Positions 31,750 to 41,138 of a DNA stretch of 64,000 nt are shown here, piece by piece. The DNA comes from a virus: positions 1 through 64,000 of the IMG/VR virus record IMGVR_UViG_3300046048_000227; one strand, 5' to 3'. The notes under the pieces are model-generated. The model did no database searches. It was not told the origin of the DNA and saw nothing but the letters and a program-made list of their open reading frames with translations. Made by a program: the position numbers and the translations under genes. The stretch's first letter is position 1, and each line of letters starts with the position of its first letter.

Positions 31750-32916
31750 ATGACTTTAGTATTCGGCAAGCACGATGAGAGCACATTAGAGCAGATGGAA
31801 CTAGCAACTTCAGATGAGTCAGTAGTAGCGTCTGTGCTATGTGCTGATGGGCACCTAGGGTACTCAGTACCTATCGGCGGAGTAATAGCCTACGATGGTA
31901 TGATCAATCCTGCTGGCGTTGGTTACGACATAGCTTGTGGCAACATGGCTGTGCGCCTACAAAATCAGGACGGTTTATCTGATCTTGTCGTGCACAATAT
32001 AGCAGAAATTATGGACACCATTGTTGATGAGATTGCCTTTGGGGTAGGGAAAGAAAATAAATACCCAGTAGACCATGACTTATTCAACTCTTCTGCTTGG
32101 CATATTGACGCAGTAAGCCCACTAAAAGAAACAGCCCATAAACAGCTAGGTACTGTAGGTTCAGGCAATCACTTTGTAGATATATTTATTGATGACGATG
32201 GAAGTATCTGGATAGGTGTTCACTTTGGTTCACGAGGGCTAGGGCATAAAATAGCTACCCACTATGTAAAAGAAGCTGGAGGTAAGCAGGGAGCACTAGC
32301 AGTACCAGCCCTACTTGATGAAAATTCTTACGCAGGAGAAGAGTATATAGCTGCTATGAACTTAGCTGGTAACTATGCTTATGCTGGTCGTGAATGGGTA
32401 GTCAACAAAGTTCTCGATATCATAGGTGCTGAAGCTGCCCACACAGTACACAATAACCACAACTTTGCGTGGAAAGAAAAACACTTCGGAGAACATTTAT
32501 GGGTAGTGCGTAAAGGCTCCACTCCAGCATTTCCAGGTCAGTACAGTTTTATTGGTGGCTCCATGGGTGATGTGTCTGTAATTGTAAAAGGCAGAGAAAC
32601 ACCCCTGAGCGAAAGAGCTATGTACTCTACAGTACACGGTGCTGGCAGAGTAATGTCCCGAACTGAGGCGGCTGGTAAAACTAAATATAACAAAACAACT
32701 AAGCAAAGAGAGCGAGTATCAGACGGTGCTATTTCTAAAGAAGACATGCTAAGTAGATTAAAAAACTTTGGTGTTGAGCTACGAGGAGGAGGACTAGATG
32801 AAGCACCTCAAGCATACCGCGATTTAGCTACAGTACTTCAGCACCAAAAAAATACAATAGACATAGTAACTGTACTGAACCCTATAGGCGTAGCTATGGC
32901 AGGGCAAGGTGTGTAA
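31750..32916 (+). CDS. rtcB: RtcB RNA ligase
   Basis: D.HLGY..PIG, GVGYDIACG, LGT.G.GNHF, H.GSRG.G, HN, RKG.TPA, HGAGR.MSR, DEAP.AY. Confidence 0.97.
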   Translation: MTLVFGKHDESTLEQMELATSDESVVASVLCADGHLGYSVPIGGVIAYDGMINPAGVGYDIACGNMAVRLQNQDGLSDLVVHNIAEIMDTIVDEIAFGVGKENKYPVDHDLFNSSAWHIDAVSPLKETAHKQLGTVGSGNHFVDIFIDDDGSIWIGVHFGSRGLGHKIATHYVKEAGGKQGALAVPALLDENSYAGEEYIAAMNLAGNYAYAGREWVVNKVLDIIGAEAAHTVHNNHNFAWKEKHFGEHLWVVRKGSTPAFPGQYSFIGGSMGDVSVIVKGRETPLSERAMYSTVHGAGRVMSRTEAAGKTKYNKTTKQRERVSDGAISKEDMLSRLKNFGVELRGGGLDEAPQAYRDLATVLQHQKNTIDIVTVLNPIGVAMAGQGV

Positions 32917-33169
32917 TGCCCAAAGCAGTGATGTGCACAGGGGCACTAGACTTAACAGTAGACGAAAAGCCCATTGACTATAACGAAGTTGATGGAATTT
33001 GGGGAGAGCGACCCACTGGGCGCAAACGTATACGGTTAAGATGCCCTAAGTGTAAACGAAAACTATGGTCATCCATAAGTGTGCACGACACTACAGTATT
33101 CCACGCACTGCCCCCCCACAAACCCAAAGGTTGGTGGAAGAAGAAAAAGAAAGTAGGCAGAAAAAGAAA

Positions 33170-33385
33170 ATGAAATACGAGACCGTCAACCACCCTGAGC
33201 ACTATAATAAGCATCCTTCTGGTGTAGAAGCTATAGATATTATAGAGCACTTTAACTTTAATATTGGTAACGCTATTAAATATCTATGGCGATCTGGTCT
33301 TAAGCCTGGACATGGTACAACAGAGGATTTAAAAAAAGCTTTATGGTACATTAACAGAGAAATAGAAAGAGTAGAGCCTCTATAG
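33170..33385 (+). CDS. DUF3310-family protein
   Basis: VNHP.HY...G.EAID, GNAIKYLWR...K, EDLKKA.WY. Confidence 0.88.
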   Translation: MKYETVNHPEHYNKHPSGVEAIDIIEHFNFNIGNAIKYLWRSGLKPGHGTTEDLKKALWYINREIERVEPL

Positions 33386-33448
33386 ATCAATGGATAGATC
33401 ACCAGCCTTTTAAGCTGTGAGATTCTGGTTCGAGTCCAGATGGGGGTA
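33376..33448 (+). tRNA. trnK: tRNA-Lys(TTT); contains upstream stop codon
   Basis: loop CT-TTT-AA. Confidence 0.9.
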
Positions 33449-33452
33449 CTAT

Positions 33453-33531
33453 GCGGGTGTAGTCGGCGCGGTTTCCTAAACCGTTACCCGTAGAGGAACT
33501 GAGAAGGTGGGTTCGACCCCCACCACCCGCT
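33453..33531 (+). tRNA. D-armless tRNA-like RNA, anticodon CCT (Arg), extended variable region
   Basis: GCGGGTG/CACCCGC; only 8 nt before gcggt-TTCCTAA-accgt; gtggg-TTCGACC-cccac. Confidence 0.75.
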
Positions 33532-33890
33532 CTTGAGAGGAGGTACTATGACAAGCTATACACAAAAACAGTTAGACCGTCTACCATTATGGGCACAATA
33601 CGAGATTGCGCGATTGAAGAGTAATGAAGAGTACTATAAAAAACACTTTAACAAGACCGTTACTGGCACTTCTGGCATAGCAGTGTACACTATTGCAGAC
33701 GACTATGCTGAACCTGCTGGCTATCTACCTGGATTTAGTTATGTAAAAATGAACGGTATTAGGATAAAATTATCAGAAAAGATAGGAGCACATAAGGGTT
33801 TAATTGAGGTTAGTTGTTCAGATCAGCTAGTATTTCTTACAGGATCAGCTAACCAAGCGTATATAACGCACGAAAAATTTTAGTTAGCCT

Positions 33891-33964
33891 GCCTTCATAG
33901 CACAACTGGATAGTGCAAGCGACTCTTAATCGCGAGGTTGATGGTTCAAGTCCATCTGAGGGCA
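33891..33964 (+). tRNA. trnK: tRNA-Lys(CTT)
   Basis: loop CT-CTT-AA. Confidence 0.92.
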
Positions 33965-34038
33965 CTGTAATCTTTGGGACACTATAAGACTTGCTGGTTG
34001 GGTGGAGTCCCTTATGTGACGACTGAAACCAGCACCAA

Positions 34039-34111
34039 TCCTGGGTAGCTCAATTGGCGGAGCGACTAGCTGTTAACTAGAGGGTTGTGGGTTCGAGTCC
34101 TACCCCAGGAG
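34039..34111 (+). tRNA. trnN: tRNA-Asn(GTT)
   Basis: TCCTGGG/CCCAGGA, G73, loop CT-GTT-AA. Confidence 0.93.
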
Positions 34112-34116
34112 CCTTT

Positions 34117-34188
34117 GCCTTCTAAGCATTTACGGTGATGCAGTGGCTTTGTAACCCACAGAAATCAGTTCAGGTCTGATAGAAGGCT
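34117..34188 (+). tRNA. trnT: tRNA-Thr(TGT), atypical T loop TTCAGGT
   Basis: GCCTTCT/AGAAGGC, loop TT-TGT-AA. Confidence 0.82.
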
Positions 34189-34194
34189 CTTTAT

Positions 34195-34269
34195 ACCCCT
34201 TTAGCTCGGTTCGGTTAGAGCACTCCTCTGATAAGGGAAAGGTCGTTGGTTCGAATCCAACAAGGGGTA
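34195..34269 (+). tRNA. trnI: tRNA-Ile(GAT)
   Basis: loop CT-GAT-AA. Confidence 0.92.
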
Positions 34270-34313
34270 CTGATGATGAGTCTGAATGAAAACTATAGTA
34301 AAAGGAGATTAAG

Positions 34314-34700
34314 ATGAAGAAGATTTTGCTTGTACTATTCCTCCTGATTATTTTATTGACAAGCTGCAACTCGGAGGCAAATGTCGCATCAAATAATGTG
34401 TCAAGAGCCGCAGACCAGTTTGAGATCATGCGACGCATTGTGTTTTATAACGGGATAAACGGCGACTATGTACTTGTCATAGAGGGGCTTTGTTCACTTG
34501 GCAACTTTGACGAGATGGGGGAGTTGTCTGTAACCTGCAAGACAGGTTCCTCAGAATATAAGAAACACTATCTAGGGCTATCTGATAACGTTACATACTT
34601 TGCAGAACAACTTGAACCTGCTAAGGCTAATGCTTATCATTATAGGGTCATCTTTCGACCCACTACCATTATTCCTGACGTTGAGATTGACTTGCCCTAG
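34314..34700 (+). CDS. Conserved phage lipoprotein
   Basis: MKK plus hydrophobic stretch plus lipobox LTSC; AD.FE..RR..F.NGI, KHYLGLSDNVTY. Confidence 0.8.
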   Translation: MKKILLVLFLLIILLTSCNSEANVASNNVSRAADQFEIMRRIVFYNGINGDYVLVIEGLCSLGNFDEMGELSVTCKTGSSEYKKHYLGLSDNVTYFAEQLEPAKANAYHYRVIFRPTTIIPDVEIDLP

Positions 34701-35115
34701 AGCACTTATATGAAAAAATATATTACTTTGCGAATAGACATTGATATGACTGTGAATGAAGCTGACTTATTCCTTTTCTTTCCAGAAACAATAAGTAAAG
34801 TAGCTGACCCAACATTAAGTGGCTATGACTTAGGCGAAGTCGAAGACTTAATTGGGTACGATCTATTTTGTATTGTTGAAGATGCAGCAGAACCTGCTTT
34901 TTGGCAAGGAATATTTAAACGCAGAGAAGGATATAATAGTAGAGCTTTATCAATAACAGCAAACCTATTAGTTAGAGCTAGTCAATTCAGGGATCAAATA
35001 CGAATGGAGATAAGTTTAGAAGGAAGAGGAGGTACTTTGTTTTCCTTTCCTACAAGATATATAAACTCAGGAGATTCAGTAACTATACACAATGCTACAC
35101 TAGGCTTAACATTCG

Positions 35116-35496
35116 ATGAGTAAAATCCCTGTAATGGAAGCAAGGGTAGCGGTAGTGGGCGGCAGAAATTTTGATAACTACTACTTGCTTAAGGATGTGC
35201 TCAACGCTTATAGAAAAAAACACGGTATATCTAAGATCATATCTGGTGGTGCGAAAGGTGCAGACACACTAGCAGAGAAGTACGCTAAAGAATTTGAGAT
35301 CGACTACGTAGTGTACGTAGCGAAGTGGGAGAAGCACGGTAAGAGTGCTGGCTATAAGAGAAACAAAAAGATAGTAGATGCTTGTGACATAGTGATGGCA
35401 TTCCCAGATAAAATGAGCAAGGGAACGTACCACACAATAGAATTAGCAGAGAACGCACTCAAACCTGTATGGATATTTAGATCATGGGAGGCATAG
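35116..35496 (+). CDS. SLOG-superfamily protein (DUF2493/YspA-like)
   Basis: V.GGR.F..Y, ISGGAKGAD.LA, W..HGK.AG..RN, GT. Confidence 0.88.
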   Translation: MSKIPVMEARVAVVGGRNFDNYYLLKDVLNAYRKKHGISKIISGGAKGADTLAEKYAKEFEIDYVVYVAKWEKHGKSAGYKRNKKIVDACDIVMAFPDKMSKGTYHTIELAENALKPVWIFRSWEA

Positions 35497-35559
35497 CTCA
35501 ACGGCTAGAGCACCATTCTCATAAAATGTAGGGTGTGGGTTCGACTCCCTCTGCCTCCA
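35487..35559 (+). tRNA. tRNA with CAT anticodon (Met or Ile2); contains upstream stop codon
   Basis: GGAGGCA/TGCCTCC, loop CT-CAT-AA. Confidence 0.88.
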
Positions 35560-35567
35560 CAAATACG

Positions 35568-35590
35568 CCCCCCTTTGACGGGGGGTTTTT
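35568..35590 (+). terminator. Rho-independent terminator ending the tRNA island
   Basis: C-run/G-run hairpin followed by T-tract. Confidence 0.75.
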
Positions 35591-35594
35591 ACTT

Positions 35595-35607
35595 TCGATT
35601 GTAGATA
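35595..35607 (+). promoter_or_regulatory. Putative phage late-promoter motif TCGATTGTAGATA
   Basis: Identical copies at 37299-37311 (+) and 59295-59307 (-), each intergenic and upstream of late-type genes. Confidence 0.65.
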
Positions 35608-35767
35608 ATGCGTACAAAAAAGAATGACTACCTATAGTTGGAGGTTGAGATGTCGGATTATCAAGGATTACGAGATCATATTGATTCAGAGATACAACTA
35701 GCCGACTTCATAAGGAGGGCTTCATGGCTTCTCCTGTCAAGTTAGCTGAGTATGTAGGTATAAGCTC

Positions 35768-37270
35768 ATGAGCAATCATGCCGCTATAATTCGTGCCGCC
35801 AATGCGGGAAAACCCGTATTACGGCGAGGTAAGCATTTCATAGAATTTGACAATGGCGACAATACTAAAAGATGGGTATCAACCATTGAGCCGCTGCACT
35901 ATGGAATAGCCGAAGACCAAGAAATAGATACTGGATGGATTGCAGACACGGGCGCATGGCAATGGCAGAACATACTCAATAGCCATCTTATTCATGCACG
36001 TGATGTTTTCAATGTCGGCAACCTGTTCGAGTGGCGCATCGGTGACGAGTGGGTAATCATTGACCCGCAATCTATCAACTGGATTAATCAGGACACCAGT
36101 CGCCAACAGATAGCGATAAAGCAAGCTGCTAGTGGTGCTGTTGATGATGACCTGATGACCTTCACGGATGCTTACGGCTCTGGCATTCATTATGAATTAT
36201 TCGCACATCCTAAGCGACTGATAAAACACATTACGATTGACAGCTTCAGCGACCTTGCACCTGTTGAACCGTGGCTTACAGGGACAATCTGGTTTGAGGC
36301 TGAATTTACTATCTCAACTTCTGCTGGTGTTGAGATGTATCTTGATGATGTATTGTGGGAGAAAACAAACGGAGTTAGAGTACAGACTTCTAATCGGATT
36401 GAGTTTAGGGAAACAGCGACAGGAATAGTCGTATGGTATGCGGATGCGCCAAGTGCCACGGATGCCAACGGAGACACAATCTCGGCACAATACGAAGTTC
36501 GTAATCAAAGTGGAACATATTTTATTACTGTGCGTGTTCCTTATGGCTGGATGGAAACGGCAGTATATCCAGTCAAGATAGACCCGACCTTCACGGATGG
36601 TTATGGCGGGGATGTAAGCACTTATATTGATGCTTTTTTTGAATCTGGTCAGCCAGATACAAACTGGGATGAAACTTATCTACTGTATAACGTATTTAAC
36701 AGCCACAAAGTACTTTACTTTTTCGATGTTTCATCTTTGAGCGGTTATACAGTAAATAGCGCAACACTTTCTTTATATTTCCTTACTGATCCGCAAACCT
36801 GGACTGCCAATTATATTAATTTTTATTCTATATTATCCGCTAATGACGGATGGCTTGAAACTTGTACTTGGAACTATGCTGATGGTGCAGGTGCTTCCCA
36901 GAGATGGGCAGGTGATACTGGTAATGATGGTGGAGCGGATGCTGGTTGTAGTGTTAGTGGGACTGACTATAATGCAACTCCAATATTTACCTCTCCAGAC
37001 CTAGTAACATACGTAGCAGACGATGAATTGGCTTGTACACTTGTTACATCACAAGTTCAAGATTGGGTAGACGGAGACAATTACGGTATTGTATCTTTTA
37101 TAGACGCAGTTTTTGTGGATTTTTATTCATCTGACCACGCTACTACTGGATACCGTCCATTGCTAACGATTGATTACGATGCTGGTGGAGATTTTCCTTT
37201 CTCAGACAACTTTACAGGTACCCCTGGTGATCCTTGGGCTGCTGCTAACTGGACAACTAGTGTAGGCTAA
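35768..37270 (+). CDS. Virion-surface protein with DNRLRE-like beta-sandwich C-terminal half
   Basis: YPV.IDPT linker, D......PD.N, FFDVS, V.SATL.LY, VQ.W, RP.L.I.Y. Confidence 0.65.
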   Translation: MSNHAAIIRAANAGKPVLRRGKHFIEFDNGDNTKRWVSTIEPLHYGIAEDQEIDTGWIADTGAWQWQNILNSHLIHARDVFNVGNLFEWRIGDEWVIIDPQSINWINQDTSRQQIAIKQAASGAVDDDLMTFTDAYGSGIHYELFAHPKRLIKHITIDSFSDLAPVEPWLTGTIWFEAEFTISTSAGVEMYLDDVLWEKTNGVRVQTSNRIEFRETATGIVVWYADAPSATDANGDTISAQYEVRNQSGTYFITVRVPYGWMETAVYPVKIDPTFTDGYGGDVSTYIDAFFESGQPDTNWDETYLLYNVFNSHKVLYFFDVSSLSGYTVNSATLSLYFLTDPQTWTANYINFYSILSANDGWLETCTWNYADGAGASQRWAGDTGNDGGADAGCSVSGTDYNATPIFTSPDLVTYVADDELACTLVTSQVQDWVDGDNYGIVSFIDAVFVDFYSSDHATTGYRPLLTIDYDAGGDFPFSDNFTGTPGDPWAAANWTTSVG

Positions 37271-37345
37271 GCACGTTTTTAATACTATTCTTTACCTTTC
37301 GATTGTAGATATAGAAGACATGTACAATTACTTGGAGGTAAAGAC

Positions 37346-37720
37346 ATGAGTATAAGCAACTTTTTAGAAAATGAACTTCTCGATGCTGCTCTAGCTTTGG
37401 GCACTTACGTTTCCACAAACGTTTACGTAAGTTTGCACACAGCAGACCCTGGAGAAACAGGAACATCCGAAGTAACTGGTGGTAGCTACGGACGACAAGG
37501 GCCAGAGACTTTCGACGTTGCGGCTGCTGGTGCCTCTGCTAACAGCACCCAAATAGACTTCACTAGTATGCCTGCTGTCACAGTTTCCCACGTTGGTCTC
37601 TGGGACGCTTCTACTGGTGGTAACTTCCTGTGGGGCGGTGCTCTTGATACGTCAAGAACACTGAATGGTGGAGACACTTTCCGTATCGCCGTTGGCGACC
37701 TAGACGTAACTCTAGACTAA
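37346..37720 (+). CDS. Conserved small virion structural protein (tail fibre/head decoration-like)
   Basis: S..LE..LLD, SLHTADPGE.G..EV.GGSY.R, H.GLWDA.TGGNFL. Confidence 0.75.
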   Translation: MSISNFLENELLDAALALGTYVSTNVYVSLHTADPGETGTSEVTGGSYGRQGPETFDVAAAGASANSTQIDFTSMPAVTVSHVGLWDASTGGNFLWGGALDTSRTLNGGDTFRIAVGDLDVTLD

Positions 37721-38096
37721 TTATATAAGGTGGTCTACGCATGGAAAAGCTCCTGCTGTTTGCATTACAGTCGGAGCATTCTTTGCTTTAGGAGGAGATT
37801 GCTATGGCTGTACAGATTATAGAATTTTGGACAGATTTACTTGAAGATGCTGGTGTTACTTGGAACATAGAATTTCACATGCTAGTTAGACAAGCTAATG
37901 ATGATCTTGAGTGGCACTATTACGGCACTGATCCAGTAGCTGTACCACCTACTGGTATATATGCTGGAGAAACAATAATAGAATACGCAAGAGTGCAGTT
38001 TCCTTCTGGTTTTAATGACTTACCACAAGGTGAATCAGCACACCACTTGTACCAGCTTGGTAGATTAGCAGGAATGAATAGAGAAGGGCACTACTA

Positions 38097-39521
38097 ATGA
38101 CAGTTCGTTACGTTGGTAAGGGTGGAAGTGACTCCGCAGATGGGCTATCTTGGGCTAACAGGAAGTTAACACTAAACGGCGCAGAAGACTCCCCTGTAGT
38201 AGCTGGAGATATTATTTACGTTGGGCCTGGAGTTTATAGGGAAATGTTAACTTGTGACGTTAGTGGTACCGCTGGTAACTGGATAACTTATGTAGGAGAT
38301 GTTACAGGAGTCTACACAGATGGTATAGGAGAAGCTGTAACTATTACAGCTTCTGATGACGATATATCTGCTACAAGGTCAAGGGCTGTATATTTAAATG
38401 CCACGGACTACAGACGTTTTGAAGGTTTTACTATGTTTGCTGGTGTAAATGACTGTCTTAATGGCTATGATATAGTACACGCTCACTTAGAAAACTGTAC
38501 TTTTATGGGTAACGAATCAGCAACCGTAGAGCTAGTAAATATTAGAGGCCCCCTTGATGAAAATTTTTATGTTGGTGTCAAGAATTGTATATTTATTGGA
38601 GCAACAACACAACTAAAACTTTATTCAGACGCCCTTAACCAATTTATTTCTTATGAGGACGTAGAGAGTTGTCTTTTTATTGGTGGGAGAGGAGGAGGAA
38701 CAACTACTTATGGTATTTGGTTCCAGCATTATGACGACTTTACAGCAAAAAACTGTACCTTTATTGGACTTGACCGCGCTGTGAGTTTCCAAAATTTAGA
38801 CGTAAGTATTGGCGGCGGAAGGGTATATAATTGTTTGTTTGATAATAACGGCACTGCTTTGTACTCTGACGGTACTGGAGCAGGTACAAAAGTAATTGAA
38901 AATTTCAATAATGTATCAGACACTAACGAAATAGCTAGAACAAATATTAATACTGGCTCAGATTCAGTAGCGTATGCTACCTTATATAGCTCTCCAATAC
39001 TACACGAGGCATTAGCAAGATTTCCTTGGCTGTATGGAGAGCTACTAAGCAGGTCTTCTTTTACAAGAAGAACGGGGACTGCAGCGGATTATGCAGCCAA
39101 CGATCTCTACGATATAGTAAGACCAACTACTAATGCAAAAAGGTCTTGGGGTGCCTTTCAGTTTCAAGAAATTGAAAGAGAAACAACTACAGTACACGAT
39201 AGTTCAGTAGCTTCTATTAAACTACCAGATGCTGCTAGACACCAGATATTTTTACCAGTAAAAAATAGCAGTACAACAATTTCTGTTTACTGCTACCGTG
39301 AAACTAATTATGCTGGCACTCTTCCTCAGTTAGTGGTCAAAGAACCAGGACAATCAAGTAGAACAGACACAGATACTGGAAGTTCTGGCGTTTGGAACCA
39401 GTTATCAATTAATTTTACTCCAGCCGTTAACACTAACTTCGTAGTAGTAGAGTTGGTAAGCAACAACACAGCTATAAGCGGCAGCTATGCTGCATTTTTT
39501 GACACATTGGGAGTATCTTAA
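38097..39521 (+). CDS. Right-handed beta-helix protein, paralog 1
   Basis: YV...G.D...G.SW, GD..YVGPGVYRE, repeated xNCxF. Confidence 0.8.
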   Translation: MTVRYVGKGGSDSADGLSWANRKLTLNGAEDSPVVAGDIIYVGPGVYREMLTCDVSGTAGNWITYVGDVTGVYTDGIGEAVTITASDDDISATRSRAVYLNATDYRRFEGFTMFAGVNDCLNGYDIVHAHLENCTFMGNESATVELVNIRGPLDENFYVGVKNCIFIGATTQLKLYSDALNQFISYEDVESCLFIGGRGGGTTTYGIWFQHYDDFTAKNCTFIGLDRAVSFQNLDVSIGGGRVYNCLFDNNGTALYSDGTGAGTKVIENFNNVSDTNEIARTNINTGSDSVAYATLYSSPILHEALARFPWLYGELLSRSSFTRRTGTAADYAANDLYDIVRPTTNAKRSWGAFQFQEIERETTTVHDSSVASIKLPDAARHQIFLPVKNSSTTISVYCYRETNYAGTLPQLVVKEPGQSSRTDTDTGSSGVWNQLSINFTPAVNTNFVVVELVSNNTAISGSYAAFFDTLGVS

Positions 39522-40912
39522 TGACTACTTATTACGTAGGTAAAGGCGGAGATAACGCCAACAATGGAACAACTTGGGCACTTAGAAAACTTACTTTAAA
39601 TGGTGCTGAGGACATACCAGTAACTTCAGGTGACGTTGTTTATGTAGGCCCTGGTGTATATAGAGAGCAGTTAACACTAGATGTTTCTGGAACAAGTACA
39701 ATAGAGTACATAGGGGATGTTACTGGAGCAAACACAGATGGTATAGGAGGGGAAGTAGTAATATCTGGATCAGATAATGATCAAACAACAACTAGAAACT
39801 ACGGAATATGGGGCATTTCTAAAAATAATAGATCATTTACTAATTTTTGTTTCGAAATGCACGGAAGTATATCTATTACTTCAGATGATTCAGATGATTT
39901 TGTTATAAAAAACTGTGTATTTCGTGGTTATGACGACTATGCTACGGGTGGTGCTATATTCTCTGGTGTTGGTTCTGGTTATACAATTCTTGTATCTAGC
40001 TGCGCTTTTATTGGGGTAGGTGCAGCAGTTGTATTTTCTTCAATAAGCTCTGTTGATCTTACTTCTCCTAGCGGAGTTAATAATTGCGTGTTCATTAATA
40101 CTTCAACAAACACTACAAGAAGCTCAATAAAATTTACTAATGTAGGTGGTGCCACAGTAAAAGGTTGTACTTTTTTTGGTGCTCTTCGAGGAGTAGAAAC
40201 TTCTGCAAGTATAAACTCATCTATAACTGTTATTGATTCTGTGTTCTTAGGCGTTGGATATGCTATGATAGCTGGAACTTCTGGAGACCTGACAGAAGAT
40301 TATAACAGTATTTTTGATTGCGAAGTACCAAGAACTTTAGTATTTACTGGATCAAATTCAGACGAAAAGCCTTTATATCCAAAAGAACCAATTCTTTCAG
40401 GCGGTTATAAGTTTCCTAATAATATATTGTTTCTGTCCCAACTAAGTACTATAAAAGACGTAGGTGTTAACTCCTCTTCTCTACCTATAGATTTATTTAG
40501 TTTAACAAGACCAGTAACAGATTCTAAAAAATCAAGAGGAGCAGTACAATTCAATAATTCTCCTACAAGAGAAACGACTACTACTCACGGAAGCTCTGCT
40601 GCTTCCATAAAACTTACCGACGCTCACAGGCACCAAATATTTGTGCCTGTTTCAGCAGAAAGCACTACAATTACAGTGTATTGCTACCGTGAGACTAACT
40701 ATGCTGGTACACTACCTCAAATGGTGATTAGAGAGCCTGGACAAACAGCAAGAACAACCACAGACACAGGCAGTTCAGGTGCTTGGAACCAATTAAGCGA
40801 TACTTTCACTCCTTCTGGAGATACAGATTATGTAATTGTAGAATTAGTAAGTAACAACACAGCAACAAGCGGAGATTACGATGTGTTCTTTGATACTATG
40901 GGAGACTTGTAA
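39521..40912 (+). CDS. Right-handed beta-helix protein, paralog 2
   Basis: Same N- and C-terminal blocks as paralog 1; repeated xxCxF. Confidence 0.8.
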   Translation: MTTYYVGKGGDNANNGTTWALRKLTLNGAEDIPVTSGDVVYVGPGVYREQLTLDVSGTSTIEYIGDVTGANTDGIGGEVVISGSDNDQTTTRNYGIWGISKNNRSFTNFCFEMHGSISITSDDSDDFVIKNCVFRGYDDYATGGAIFSGVGSGYTILVSSCAFIGVGAAVVFSSISSVDLTSPSGVNNCVFINTSTNTTRSSIKFTNVGGATVKGCTFFGALRGVETSASINSSITVIDSVFLGVGYAMIAGTSGDLTEDYNSIFDCEVPRTLVFTGSNSDEKPLYPKEPILSGGYKFPNNILFLSQLSTIKDVGVNSSSLPIDLFSLTRPVTDSKKSRGAVQFNNSPTRETTTTHGSSAASIKLTDAHRHQIFVPVSAESTTITVYCYRETNYAGTLPQMVIREPGQTARTTTDTGSSGAWNQLSDTFTPSGDTDYVIVELVSNNTATSGDYDVFFDTMGDL

Positions 40913-41133
40913 TGAATTTTGATAAGTGGGTTAATGGAGTGCCCTTCTTTACAGCATACCCTAACGATCCAGCAATAAGTCCTGTTACCTTTGATGTGCC
41001 TATCTTAGGGAATATGACTTTTCTTGATATCCCACTACAATCTATTATAAGAACATATCCATTCACAGACGCCTACACAGGTACAACAGGAGACCCATGG
41101 AATGTGGAAAAATGGGATATAACTTCGGGATAA
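40912..41133 (+). CDS. Small protein ending in the shared PF.D..TG..GDPW....W motif
   Basis: TAATG coupling; C-terminus matches those of the 35768 and 42032 proteins. Confidence 0.75.
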   Translation: MNFDKWVNGVPFFTAYPNDPAISPVTFDVPILGNMTFLDIPLQSIIRTYPFTDAYTGTTGDPWNVEKWDITSG

Positions 41134-41138
41134 TATAA

